Positions 47,241 through 59,632 of a stretch of DNA of 64,000 bases are shown one piece after another. The notes under the pieces are model-generated. The model had not been told where the DNA came from. It was given only the letters and a program-made list of their open reading frames with translations, and did not search any database. The position numbers and the translations under genes were made by a program. Where the stretch lies: NCBI RefSeq assembly GCF_006345805.1, contig NC_043006.1, positions 28,830,001 through 28,894,000 on the forward strand, written 5' to 3'. The stretch comes from Octopus sinensis (Eukaryota). Within the stretch, counting starts at the first letter, position 1; each line of letters starts with the position of its first letter.

Positions 47241-47699
47241 AATAGTTCAAGAAACAATCTTATTTTATTCCACAGATATTTACTTTTCCTTCATGAATAC
47301 CTTAAGTTTGTCTTTTCAGCAATCTTCACAACATTAGAACCATAGCACTGATATAATCTTCACCATTGTTTTCTCTCAGCATAAGTTGGATGGATCTGCA
47401 TTCTTCTATCACGCTGGTGTGGAATCTATACCTTTATTTCATAGACAACACCTATCATCCTAATTTTGATAAAACATTAAATGAAACAAAAACCATTTTA
47501 GAGAGAAAATACAAAATTTATTTTCTCTCTAAAATACATTTTAGGGAGAAAATACAAAAATTAATTATTTTAGAAATATTAAGTAGCATTTGTTTTATTT
47601 AATTTTATTTTATTTTATTTTATTGAGAGATTCTTTATCTAACCAGATCCAATGTTCTTAGATAAATCTGACCTAATTACTTCCCAAGTCTTCCTTGGT

Positions 47700-48290
47700 T
47701 TACCATTTCTAGTGATACTTTCTGTCACCAACTTACAGCACTTTTTCATCTAGAATGTCTCCTCTGTTTCTGTTGTTGATCAGTACCAGTCATCTCTCCT
47801 GCAAACATTGACCAATAAGCCCCAACTGCTTTTTTAGAAATTGAGTAGTATTAAATAGACCATCCGTTTTGTCATATGGATGTACAATATGGACTCCAAC
47901 AAAATGTCTTGGAAAGAACATTGATGGAACTTAGACAAGAATGCTTTGAGCTGCCTTGGACATCTGAAAGCAATGCACTATGAAAGAACTTCTCTATGTA
48001 ATTTACTACCAATATCACACATCATCAGAGAAAGAACAAGATTTGCTGGAATTGCTAGAGAGAAAAGGGTAAGATGATCTGCAACAGTCTCTCCTCTGAG
48101 AACTGAACCTTGAGTACACAAATGCTGGTAGACCACATTGAATCTACATAAAGTAAATGTTCAAGGACTCCAAATGCACCTGAGAAACCGTTCTATGTGC
48201 AATGGCAGACCGAACTGACTAGTGAGAACAAGTCATGGTGATCCGAGCAATAAGCACGACCGCAAGATAGTGTTGATGAAACAGACCATA
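47700..48290 (+). mobile_element. Degenerate RTE LINE 3' fragment (second family)
   Basis: YGCTIWTPT..DGT.TRML-like and IRERTRFAG-like motifs. Confidence 0.55.
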
Positions 48291-49329
48291 ATCAATTTAT
48301 TCTTACCAAATTAAAAATTTCTGCATTCACTGTATTTCACTGCCATGCAGCTTCACATATAGTTCACACAATACTCTACAATTTGTCTTTCATGCAAAGA
48401 TAAAAAGTTAATTTGTTATCAATAGAGATAGGAATTCTCCGAACTGCTTCTAAACATTTCAAGCCTTAAATAGTAAGTTATTACTAGTTCCATAGTTCAA
48501 CTATGTCATCTAGGCGAAAAATTTGTTACTTTCTGAGAAACCCTCTACTTTGAGATTTCTCATACTGTAAATTATTCCAGTGCATCTGTTATATTTTAAA
48601 GTCGTTAATCTGTCAGAGAACCTATGATAATCTTTATTTAGACACTATTTTCACTGTTTGCATATTCTTCAGTTCCAGCCAATTTCCTTCTCACATATTA
48701 AATAAAGTCAGTTTTCAGCTGTTATTGCACTTTTGTGTCCCTTGTTACATAGTAGAAGATGAGACATAATGATGATTCAAATCTTTTGTCTCAGAGAAGA
48801 CTGACTTTTCTAGATTTGAACTTCTGCAGTTTCTCAACAGATTTTAATATAAAAATCTAATTGTCATCAAGCAGAACTTCTCATTATTTCTATTTGTTAA
48901 TTTTTGTGTGATTACTTGTAGAAAAGCTCATTAAAGCCAGGGCCTTCATTAGCACTTACATGTACAATATATTCGCTATTTCATCACCACCATACATCCA
49001 TCTCTAGTTTTCTTATAAACTTTTACATTGTAGCGCAGGGGTTCCCAACCATTTTTTTTTTACCTCATGGTAATATTATAAACTATTTTGATAAATGAAT
49101 GACTTGGCTAAGGTTCCTATTGTGTATCTGGTACACACTGTAGGGCTGATTAGGGCCTGGAGATTTGGTTATTTTGAAGTATGATTATAATTTTCGAAAA
49201 TGCATGCTTTAGCAGACAAGGACATTACTATCCTTTGTTTAGGACTGATGGTTCTAGTCCAAGTCCACTGAGGGATTATATACATATCTTGGAATAAGAC
49301 ACCTTATGACACTTGTACACAAAACTAAT

Positions 49330-49625
49330 GTAATGTAACTAACTGGCACTCCACCGGTTATGACGACAAGGATTCCAGTTAATCTGATCAACACAACAGC
49401 CTATTCATAAAATTAATGTGTTCTCAGAGAGATTCAGCATGACACAGAATGTGACAAGGTTGGCCCTTTGAAATACAGGTACTCCTCATCTTTGCCAGCT
49501 GAATGAACTTCAGCAAAATGAAATAAAGTGATTTACTCAAGAAAACAGTGCACTACCAGGAATCAAACTCACCATCTTAATATCGCAATTTGAATACCCT
49601 AACCACTAAGCCATGTGCCTTCACT
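49330..49625 (-). mobile_element. CORE-type tRNA SINE
   Basis: The reverse complement reads GGCTTAGTGGTTAGGGTATT...GAGTTTGATTCC...CTTGAGTAAATCACTTTATTTC. Confidence 0.6.
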
Positions 49626-49683
49626 AATATAGTCTATAATGTAGCTATAATAAAATATTTAATATTAATGTAGCTGTAATATT

Positions 49684-50010
49684 TCTATATATATAAACGG
49701 AAAAATGTCTGTGTGTGTGTGTGTGTGTGTGTGCATGTATCCTTTATACAAATCCACAATTTTTCAGTTAGAGAGCTCACACTTTCTTTGGTTATTCAAA
49801 ACCATCTAAGGGTGGTCGTGCACATCTTTATATTTCCCCAGTCACACTGCAAAGCCATTAAAAAATCAATAGAAGTGACTTTTTTGTGAATTTTCTATCC
49901 AAAACCCAATCAAAATGCCCGAAACTTGATACGCCAATTGAATGCCAGCTAGCTGTATGTGATTGGTCAGAGATTTGGACAGTACTCGCGTTGCTGGGTC
50001 ATAGTGCTAG
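49684..50010 (+). mobile_element. Non-autonomous Helitron inside a minisatellite
   Basis: TCTATATATATAAAC 5' end, degenerate hairpin, GTGCTAG|T 3' end. Confidence 0.7.
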
Positions 50011-50270
50011 TTGTATAATATTAATTTAGCTATGATATTGTATAATATTAATGTAGCTATAATAAAATATATGATATTAATGTCGCTATGATATTGTATA
50101 ATATTAATGTAGCTATAATATTGTATAATATTAATGTAGCTATATTACTGTATAATATTAATTTAGTTATGATATTGTATAATATTAATTTAGCTATGAT
50201 ACTGTATAATATTAATGTAGCTGTGATATTGTATAATATTAATTTAGCTATGATACTGTATAATATAAAG
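50011..50270. repeat. 27-bp minisatellite, about 9-10 units (also 49635-49683)
   Basis: Unit TATAATATTAATGTAGCTATGATATTG. Confidence 0.9.
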
Positions 50271-50370
50271 ATCAGAGTTAGTAGTCAGGAAGAAATGTTA
50301 CTGTCTTTTTTACAGCAATTCATCTCAAACATTTCAACAGTTTTAAAATAAATTTCTGTCATTTTTACAG

Positions 50371-50459
50371 ACTGAAAAGAGAATCCATGCATTTGTAACA
50401 GACAGTAATAAACAGAAATACAAATGGGAACCAATGGACAAAGTATTCCGTGCCATTAT
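50371..50459 (+). CDS. SPAG7: SPAG7 exon 3: TEKRIHAFVTDSNKQKYKWEPMDKVFRAI(I)
   Basis: Acceptor ATTTTTACAG, donor AT|GTATGT. Start of the R3H domain. Confidence 0.9.
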
Positions 50460-51115
50460 GTATGTATTGTGCTCTTCTTTATTCATTAACCATTTCAGAA
50501 TCATATTTCTACTGAACTACACTATTTATTAGTTCTTAATTAATTTTGAAGATAATCAAGACTTTTTGAGTGTTTTAATGACATAACTAATGTTTTAACT
50601 GTAAAAATGATGTTTGGAACATAACTTAAGAAACCGTTCTTGTTTAAAATTGTGCTTGAATGTTTGAATTTAAATGTGAAAATTTCAATATAAGATATCT
50701 TTGTGTGATAAGAAAAGCAGACCAGTTGTTATGAAGTAAAACTGATAGAAAATAGAAAAGACTGCTCAATGTTGCTGCAGGCAACTTCTTTAATGCTGGT
50801 GGTACAATAAAATATGCCCAGTTCATACTGGTGACAGTGTTATGAAGCCTTCCAGTTTTAAAAACTGTACCAAACAATGGCATTAGCAACAGCTGCAACA
50901 ACTGGTCATTTGGTCTATAGTTGTGTGATGAGAGATGAAAAAACATTGCAACAAGCAATGGGGAGATGCTGTCAGATTCTTTCAGCATCAGCAAGGATGT
51001 TAATGTGGATGGATACTAATGATATAATTGCTTTGTGTTTTTAATTATTTAAAAATTTATTGTAACATGAAATATTTTAAATATGAGACAAATATTTCCT
51101 ATGTTTGTATTGCAG

Positions 51116-51200
51116 CCATGAAGTAGCTGACGTTGCAGGGCTTACATCATTTTCATTTGGTCTAGAGGAACAAGACAGATATGTTATGTTATGGAAAAAG
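51116..51200 (+). CDS. SPAG7: SPAG7 exon 4: [28 protein letters not shown]
   Basis: Close to human [28 protein letters not shown]. Completes the R-x3-H motif (RAIIH). AG/GT boundaries. Confidence 0.95.
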
Positions 51201-51429
51201 GTAACAGATGTCTCTAACGCCTACACTTTCGTTATCCAGGAAAAATTATTTATTGGCTACTTTAAGGATTGTGTCTGATATAAAAGAAACGATATTATTG
51301 AATATTTATTAATTATTAAAATGTTAGTAATTCTGTAGCAACCAGCAAATATAATTGTCTGTGTGCAATAATGTTGTTCAAATGTAAAGAATCCTTAGAG
51401 CTTAGCCAAGCTTTCAATTTCGGCATTTT

Positions 51430-52895
51430 CCTCTCATAAGATTAAGGAATGACCATTAAGCTGCCCCTCTGACCCTGTCAACTGTCATCCTATCACACTC
51501 CCAACATCTCAATGGTTGATGGAGACAGCCATTAACAACAATCTCCTCCAATGCTTCGAATCTCTCTCCCTCTTTAATTGACACAAAATGGCTTTCATAA
51601 ACTGAAGACCTACTGTAAATTCTCGAGTATAATACACAGGGGATGTTTAGGGGGCTGAACCTCTGGAAAATCTAAACCTTGTGTATAATACGCACCCCCC
51701 TCTCTATCTTGAGTCAAGGAGGTCTATATAACGTCCTTGGTTTGTAAAAATGTATACAGCAACATCCTTTATTATTATTGTATATATATAACAATGCAAA
51801 CGTGTAGCTTTTTTGTGCATTTTGTTTGCAGAAAATAAAGAAATAACAGTAATAACGTTTAATAAATGTTGCTTACTGCAAGTTATGGATGATTCTTTTA
51901 TGACTTCATGGCTTTCAGGCTTAGCTTAAAGTATTTTTGTGCCCGACATCACAAAATGTGTCTGAATAAACATTACCGGACAGCAAATAGAGACTCGGAC
52001 ATGGCTTAGAAAATAGTTTTCATCTTTAACCTCGTATATAGTATGCGCTAGGGATTTTGACCTTTAAATTTTGGGGAAAAATGTGGATTATACTTGAAGA
52101 TTTACGGTACTCTTCACTGGACCTGATTTATGAAAGTCGCCTTTCATAAAGCCATTTTACTCTCCTACTCTCCTGTTTCACTCACATGGGTTCTTGTGAA
52201 AACATTAGCAAAACTTTGACTATGTCTAGAATGCAAAACCCCCTGGCAAAACTGTCTGATAACAGGCTCCATCTGTTCATTTTGGGGATTGGTGATTTAG
52301 AATCATATTGTATCATCAAGGTGTGTGCTAATGATGTTCTCTCTGACTAACATCCCTATCGACTCTGGTATGTTCCAGGGCTTTGTTTTTATGACCACCT
52401 CACCCACACTCCTCTACTTCAGCAACCTACTTATCATTGCATCCAACAACACCCACTCCTATACAGATAATGGCACCCTTCATTTTCCCATATACAATTC
52501 AGACTTCTCACACGAAACCCACACTGACTTTATAAAGAGGGAGTTCAAAAACATCCATTAGTGTGATCATGCCAATTTTGTCTCCTTCAATAGCAGAAAG
52601 ACAGAATTGTTATACGTTTGAAGAACACCACCCCTTACATTAATGGTATGCAACAAGGTCCCTCAACATTAACTACACCATTAAGATGTCTCTTAACAAA
52701 GTATATTCTCAACACAAACACTGACCTTACCCCTATTACTCTTACTCTTCAGAGCCATAGAATATCGTGTCCGTTCCAACCCAACAACTAACTCATTAGA
52801 AAGATCAAAAGGAACCCACAATATGGGCCTTTACCCACACCTGAGGCAGTGCAGCTGCCACACATTCTGACATCTTGGACTGCAGCCACAGAACA
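51430..52895 (+). mobile_element. Degenerate CR1/L2-group LINE RT fragment
   Basis: QNGFHKLKT (compare QxGFR..ST), HSYTDNGTLH (compare YADD), TMG..H..GSAAATHSDILD. Confidence 0.65.
51613..52107. mobile_element. Tc1/pogo-type MITE (495 bp) inserted in the LINE
   Basis: TA|CTGTAAATTCTCGAGTATAA ... TTATACTTGAAGATTTACGG|TA. Confidence 0.85.
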
Positions 52896-52901
52896 ATCAT
52901 A

Positions 52902-53292
52902 CTCTTTTACTCATTTACTTGTTTCAGTCATTTGACTGCGGCCATGCTGGAGCACCGCCTTTAATCGAGCAACTCGACCCCGGGACTTATTCTTTGTAAG
53001 CCCAGTACTTATTCTATCGGTCTCTTTTGCCGAACAACTAAGTGACGGGGACATAAACACACCAGCATCAGTTGTCAAGCAATGCTAGGGGGACAAACAC
53101 AGACACACATACATATATATATATATACATATATACGACAGGCTTCTTTCAGTTTCTGTCTACCAAATCCACTCACAAGGCTTTGGTCGGCCCGAGGCTA
53201 TAGTAGAAGACACTTGCCCAAGGTGCCACGCAGTGGGACTGAACCTGGAACCATGTGGTTGGTAAACAAGCTACTTACCACACAGCCACTCC
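52902..53292 (-). mobile_element. Full-length SINE family A (tRNA head, Meta/MESC-like domain)
   Basis: The reverse complement runs from GGAGTGGCTGTGTGGTAAGTAGC to the tail GACTGAAACAAGTAAATGAGTAAAAGAG. Confidence 0.88.
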
Positions 53293-53734
53293 ATGACTGA
53301 TTGGCAGGAAGTCACTCATCAAAACCTGAAACCCATAAATATGTTGTCTCCGCTCTTTCCACTACTTCTACAGTTGTTACTAATCCTCTTAGCTGACAAC
53401 ATGGCCTCTCCACCAACCAATGAAAATTGCAGAATTTAAGAAACCTTTGTTTGCTTATGAATAAGTATTTTCTGGGTGTTAGATTGAATGCAAAATTCAG
53501 TCATTTCTAGGCTTAGAATATGACAGTACTTCTTTGTTGTTCAGATTTAACACTGATAAGAGACTGGGCAATGTAGTGTTACCAAAGTCTCTCTCTCTCA
53601 TTTTAGGTTCCTCAGAAATGCCCCCCACATTTTGTGTGTTCACTACTTTAATATTGCTTATCTATTGACTGTTGTTATGTTTCAATATTGATATTTTTTG
53701 TTACTATTTTTATCTGGTTTTATGGAAAATCTAG

Positions 53735-53824
53735 GAATTTACTCCATCTGATGAAGAAGTTCTAGCTTACCGAAGGGGCGAAGAATGGGATCCTGAAAAG
53801 GCTAAAGAGATTGCCAAACAAAAG
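53735..53824 (+). CDS. SPAG7: SPAG7 exon 5: [30 protein letters not shown]
   Basis: Compare human [29 protein letters not shown] boundaries, phase 0-0. Confidence 0.95.
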
Positions 53825-54039
53825 GTCAGCAGCCTTATTCATTTAAACAGTTTGCCTTTTTGTAAAAATCCTCCTAAAACTATATTAAATCTCTGAGCAA
53901 AATATAAACAGTAGCAGTATGGAATCGTAACATATAATTGCCAACCAAGTGTGGCATCTTGTACAAGACAGTGCTACTGACGTTTATAGCCCCAGGAAGA
54001 CATTTCCTCCAGCTGGCTAATGACACACATTCTGACTTC

Positions 54040-54900
54040 TGTACTTGACCAGTGCTTTGTTTTATCAACTTCAAAGGGATAAAAGATAAAGTTGACTTTG
54101 TTGGGGTTTGAACTTAGAATGTAAACAACCTCAAGGACTTTTCTCTAATGCTCTAATGATTCTGCTACCTTACCACCCTAATAATAATTTTTTTTTTAAC
54201 ATAACTACAAGGTCTGAAATTTTGGGAAAAGTTGCTAGGATTACATTGAACCCAGTACTTGCCTGGTACTTTATTTTATTAACCTCCAAATAGATGAAAG
54301 GCAAAGTTGAGTTTAGAAGAATTTTTACTCAGAACATAAAGAGCTGAAAAAAAAGAGCATTTTATCCAACATGGTAATAATTCTGCCAGCTTCTTGCCTT
54401 TGTAATGCTTCTAAATTTTGGTACAAGGTTTGCAATTTTTAAGAAGATGGAGCAAGTTGTTTCCATCTATCTCAGTAGTTGACTGGTTCTTTACTTTATT
54501 GACCCCTAAAAGATGAAAGACAAAGTTGACCTTAGTTGGATTTGAACTCAGAATGTAGAGCCAAAGGAAAAGCTGCTAAATATTTTCTCCAACATGCTAA
54601 TGATTCTGCCAGCATACTTCCTTAATACTAATAATTATTTTCTACTAATAAGCACAAGACCTGAAATGTTTGGTGATGGGGTTAGTTGAATATATTGACC
54701 CAGTGCAAAAGCAAAGTTGACCTCAACAGAATTTGAACTCTGAATGTAAAAAGCTAGAAAAATGCCACTAAGCATTTTGCCCAACATGCTAAGGCCAACA
54801 CTTTTGAGGGATTCAATATCATTGAGACTGGAAATATGAAAAGCAAAGTTGACTCCAGCAGGATTTGAACACAGAACATAAAGAGTCAGACCTGAAGAAA
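54040..54900 (-). mobile_element. Second cluster of co-oriented SINE family C copies (about 4-5)
   Basis: Repeated AAAGTTGAC...TTTGAACTCAGAATGTA...TTCTGCCAGC blocks. Confidence 0.75.
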
Positions 54901-55041
54901 TACTGGAAAACAATTTTTCTTATAGAGACATAGGTTACAAATTATGGAAGGGCATTGGTGATAACATAGAATACCCCCATCTCCCCAGTTGTTTACCAGT
55001 ACTACATTTCAATATGTAATGGTTTTATTTTACTGTTTCAG

Positions 55042-55195
55042 GAAGCTGAGTTGCAGCTGGAAGCTGAATCTTCAAAATCTAAAACTGTTTCCAACCCTAC
55101 CCACAACTATAAAGACAAATACAAACATTTAATTGGTGAAGAAGCTGCAAAAGATGCTGCCAAGCAGACTACTGCAAACAAATCTTATGGCTTTG
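55042..55195 (+). CDS. SPAG7: SPAG7 exon 6: EAELQLEAE...NYKDKYKHLIGEEAAKDAAKQTTANKSYGF(V)
   Basis: Compare human DYKDKYSHLIGKGAAKDAA..ANKTYG. Donor G|GTGAGT. Confidence 0.95.
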
Positions 55196-55398
55196 GTGAG
55201 TTTTTGAACTTCTTGTGAAGCAACTGTGAGTTCTTGAAGTCAATGTTCACAAACTGTTTAGACTTTACTCATTAGAGCATGTGGAATAGTTTGGTGTTGG
55301 GTGATGTTGTCAACCTTTTAACTGTGAAATTAAATTTCATTGTTATTCCAGTAATGATGTTAAATGACTTGTGCAGCGACTGTGTTTAAAGTGCAGGG

Positions 55399-56100
55399 TT
55401 ATGCACTGTTAACTTCCCTCTCTTGGCTGTGACCATCTTCAATCCAGTGGCAAGACCATGTCAAGACAATTGGGGATGTAGACGAATGCAGTAGATGACC
55501 AAGATGTCTTACTTGCCTCATCTTACCCTCTGTACTCCACAATGCATTGCTGTAGTGCCTTCCCTCTGTAGAATCATGAAGGTTTCTTCCACAATATCTG
55601 CCTGATCCAATCTTCACATGCATAGGTAGACAAATCTACCTGTAGTAGTACATGAAGTATAATCTAGGGATTACACTACATGTGGAGGATGTTTCCAGAG
55701 GTGTCCTTGTAGTAATCCAGAAGACTCACTGTCCTCTAATTTAGAAATATAATGGACAGTAACCACTCTAAATGTTTATTAACCATTTGACTGTGAATTA
55801 ACACTTTCATCTGGTTAAACTGAGAAACAAGTATTCAGTAAGTGTGGGGTGGCCAAAGTTGTTATAAAGATGATAGATAATCTTGTGAGCTACAAAGATG
55901 TCAAAACTTTAATGTAGCAATGTCTAGAGTAGCAACATGTTCAAGATGTGTTAAGTGACTAATTGAGGATATTCATCTAATTGCACCTATCTTGAAAGCT
56001 CCCAGGAGACTGATATTCTGGATATGATGAGGATTCCAGACTAGATGCAAACTGTAGGTGTGAATGTACTATAGCAATATATATAACTTTAAATAGATGG
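55399..56100 (-). mobile_element. Degenerate RTE-like LINE fragment
   Basis: MRQVRHLGHL (compare LRWLGHV). Otherwise heavily eroded. Confidence 0.4.
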
Positions 56101-56261
56101 ATGGTGGGTGGCTGAAAACTCATGCTGTTACCTGCTGCTAATTGAGAGGTCGCTGATATCCAACTCTGTCCACACTCTCGTGTTGCGTTTCACTTTCTTG
56201 ATTCTGGAACTGTGTCATGTTTGCTGTTGTTTTCTCTTCTTAATGTTTTCTGTTATTATTG

Positions 56262-56455
56262 ATTTCAAATTGTGGCACAAGGCCAACGATTTTGAGAGAA
56301 GGGATAAGCTGATTACATTGACCTCAGCCCTCAAGTGGTACTTATTTTATCAACCCTGAAAGGATGAAAGGTAAAGTCAACCTCAGTGGAATGTAAAAAT
56401 GGACAAAATGCTGCTAAACATTTTGCCTGGCATGCTAATGATTCTGCCAGCTCAT
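56262..56455 (-). mobile_element. SINE family C copy (an opposite-strand partial copy lies at about 56635-56775)
   Basis: Family C motifs. Confidence 0.7.
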
Positions 56456-56863
56456 TATAGTGGCCTCTACTCTAGCAAAGTACACAGTCCCTTCACCCCT
56501 CCTACCTGATACACTATCTGCCTTCCCTCCATTTATCATCTCTGCCTTTGTTTTTTAATTTTACTTAGTAAGTCTAGAAGAAGGTTTAGGGCCCATATCC
56601 TTTGTAGGTCCTCTAAGAATGGTGGTGGTGAGCTGAGGCAACCACTGAGGTTGACTTTGTCTTTCATCTTTTCAGGATCAATGAAATAAATACCAGTTGC
56701 ACACTGGGGTCAATGTAATTGACTAACCCCATCCCCTAAAATTTCAGGCCTTGTGCCTATAGCAGGAAGGATTATTGTTAATTTTTTTTTTTATACTGTT
56801 ATGTTTTTCTGCTTTTAAAACACATTATTTTTGCTTACTTTTTTATCTTCTATCTTCTGACAG

Positions 56864-57009
56864 TTCCGAGTGAAAACAAGCGAGACTCCAGAACTATTGA
56901 ACAGGTCCTGGCTGACACTCGAGCTAAGAAAAAACTAAAGACTGACACTGGTTCAATCCCAGATCCCTCTGTGGTTAGTCCTTCCTCTGAAGATACTGCT
57001 CAGCCTTGA
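56864..57009 (+). CDS. SPAG7: SPAG7 exon 7: (V)PSENKRDSRTIEQVLADTRAKKKLK...AQP*
   Basis: Compare human [25 protein letters not shown]. TGA at 57007-57009. The seven exons sum to 711 nt, in frame. Confidence 0.95.
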
Positions 57010-57718
57010 CACCTGTCTTCTAATTATTGTATCTATAGAATTTTTTTTTTCCAGATTTCCCTCCCCTTTCATTTTTTACCACCATTTATATCATAGTTTT
57101 TTTTTAAAAAAGATACAAAACAACTTAACAAGTTTTATTATTGTTTTTAATGACTTTCCACATCTTATTTGACAATATTTCAAGGTTGTTCATTTTTTTT
57201 AAATGATATGAACTGTAAAATAATATAAGAATTTGTTAAAAGTTGATCATAATTTACAAGAATATTGTTAAAATCTCAGTGTATACAATCGAAACAGCAT
57301 CATATTATATAGCCATCTATATATCATACTTAACATATATGCACCATTGAGGACAATGATGCTATGGATCTTTGCCTGAATCTGTTTTGTAGACCTGCTG
57401 TGTTGAAAACATTATATATATATCAGAGGATGGTGAACATGGTCCTAGCAGTGATTCATAAAAAATACCAGATTTATTTTGCCCTTTTTTGGGGGCTTTG
57501 TTATTCAGTAGTCACATGCACAGACAAAATCTGTCCCCTTCAACATATTGGAAACCACGACTAATACATTCACTGACAGTGCAGAAAGCTTGCCAAGCTA
57601 AATACAAACAACTTTCAAGGAGGCCAAAATACATTTCGTGTTCTCATGAGTCACTGGCAGGATGGTTTTCTTTTTTTTTTTTTTGTCTCTTTCTCTCTTG
57701 TATATATCTTGTCTTTAA

Positions 57719-57913
57719 CCCTTTAACATTCAGATTATTCTGTCAAATAATCTTTGTTTTGAATTAATCCTGCATTATCTCATAGCTTTTGGTTTACAAT
57801 AATGTGATTGTTTATTTTTAGAATGTCATTGTTGGGTAAGTTTGAATGACTGGATCTTGCCAGTTTGAATATAAAACAGGCAGAATATTTTGGCCGGTTT
57901 AAATGCTAAAGGG
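57719..57913. mobile_element. piggyBac-type MITE (TTAA TSD)
   Basis: TTAA|CCCTTTAACATT ... AATGCTAAAGGG|TTAA. Confidence 0.8.
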
Positions 57914-58903
57914 TTAAAACAACATATTTATATACAGATTTTCTCTCAGATGAAAACCACACTATCTTGCCTGTCAACTGTATATATACATGACGTATAA
58001 TATATTGATAGCTGTTTTAATTTAATGCTGTTTTAGTTGCATACATAAGTTTTTATTCAGCCCAGCGGCTATTCACAATATTGGTAAGTATTATCTATTG
58101 TTCCCTATATATCATGGGGGACAGATTTTGTCTAGGTATCTGACTAATGAGTACATGTCATTGACAAGGCCCAAGAAAGCTGAAATGCATCTGGTTATCT
58201 TATGAATTACTGCTGGGACAATATTTTATCTTGTTCTGATATTGTGTTTTTAACAACATATCTATGAAGAGATTTTCTCCTGGATAAAAACACATCATGC
58301 CTCTCAACAGCATATATGCATTAATTATGATACATAGATGGCTGTACGGTTAATTTTTGTTTTTTAAAAATCAACAAAACAACGTTAATTATATTTTTAA
58401 GCAACATGAGCATGATGATTTTTGTTAATTTAAAAATTTATAATTAACATGGGTGTAATGATTTTTGTTGCCATAAATGTAACAGTTGGACAGTTTTCAT
58501 AGTGCTAAGCACTTTGGACTTTCAAATTGCATGAGGCTGCCTCTAGATCTGTTATACAAATCTTCCTATTTTAAAATATTTAATTTTTATTTATGAACCT
58601 TGTGTTGTGTTCTGTATTCCAAACATCAACTTAATGAAAATGTTTGTTTACCTAAACCCTTCAAATATTTGATACATGAAAAGATGGCTAGGAAATGAAG
58701 GAGTAAATTATCACTAACTGCTGCTTTTTTTTTTGTCATGTAAACTGAAAGAAGCAGTGTTATATGCCTTACTTTAGATGTTAAAGTATTGGACTTAATT
58801 GTTGCAATCATTGTGTCGTGTTGTCCTGAACAAAGTACACAATCTGATTATTTCAGTTTTACCTGGTTGGCATTTCATTGTTCAGTGATTAGGCAGTTGG
58901 AAC

Positions 58904-59171
58904 TAGGGCTGGCGCTAGGGAGTGAAGGGCCCAATTAGAGAATTGTTAGTGGGGCCTTCTACTCTACAAAAGCTGAAGATTGATTGTTTATGTTTCATGT
59001 AGTATGCTAGTCTCAGCCAAAATGCATTGAGGGCTTGAGGCTTCATCATCAGCCACAATGAAATACTAAAAGTTCATCATAGCATATCCACTTGAGCACA
59101 TGCATAGAGCCCTCTCTTGGCATGGGGCCCAATTTGAACAAACCTGCCCATGTGGCTTAAAACCAGCCCTG
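58904..59171. mobile_element. hAT-type MITE (268 bp)
   Basis: TIR TAGGGCTGG / CCAGCCCTG. Perfect 8-bp TSD GTTGGAAC at 58896-58903 and 59172-59179. Confidence 0.85.
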
Positions 59172-59484
59172 GTTGGAACAATATCTAGCTGTAGGAATGA
59201 AATCTAACATCAGTAGGAACAACTTCCAACAAAGGAATGGTATCTATGTACAAAAACTTACTTCTCTCCATTCAAGTAAAACCTTGAGAAAATAGATGAA
59301 AATCAATAAAAGAAGAAAAATCACCATATGATCAATTAGTTGTCCAACGTTTTAGACTCATAGTCTGCATGTCTGACATTATAAACTTCAGTGAAGGTGG
59401 TGGACCTGGTGAGATGTTAGCTTTTCATTCTGGATTGGATTAATTCAGCTGTGATTATACATGATATTGCAAACCACAAAGACA

Positions 59485-59632
59485 TCATCATCATCATCAT
59501 CATCATTTAGCGTCCGTTTTCCATGCTAGCATGGGTTGGACGGTTCTACTGGGGTCTGTGAAGCCAGAAGGCTTCATCAGGCCCAGTCAAATCTGGCAGT
59601 GTTTCTACGGCTGGATGCCCTTCCTAACGCCA
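59485..59632 (-). mobile_element. RTE-type 3' tail copy
   Basis: (CAT)n TTAGCGTCCGTTTTCCATGCTAGCATGGG. Confidence 0.8.

Noticed and set aside
49036-49070. hAT/Charlie-like end CAGGGGTTCCCAACC
   Set aside because: No matching second TIR or TSD was found.
50088-50351. Repetitive ORF (ILYNINVA)n
   Set aside because: It is a translation of the 27-bp minisatellite.
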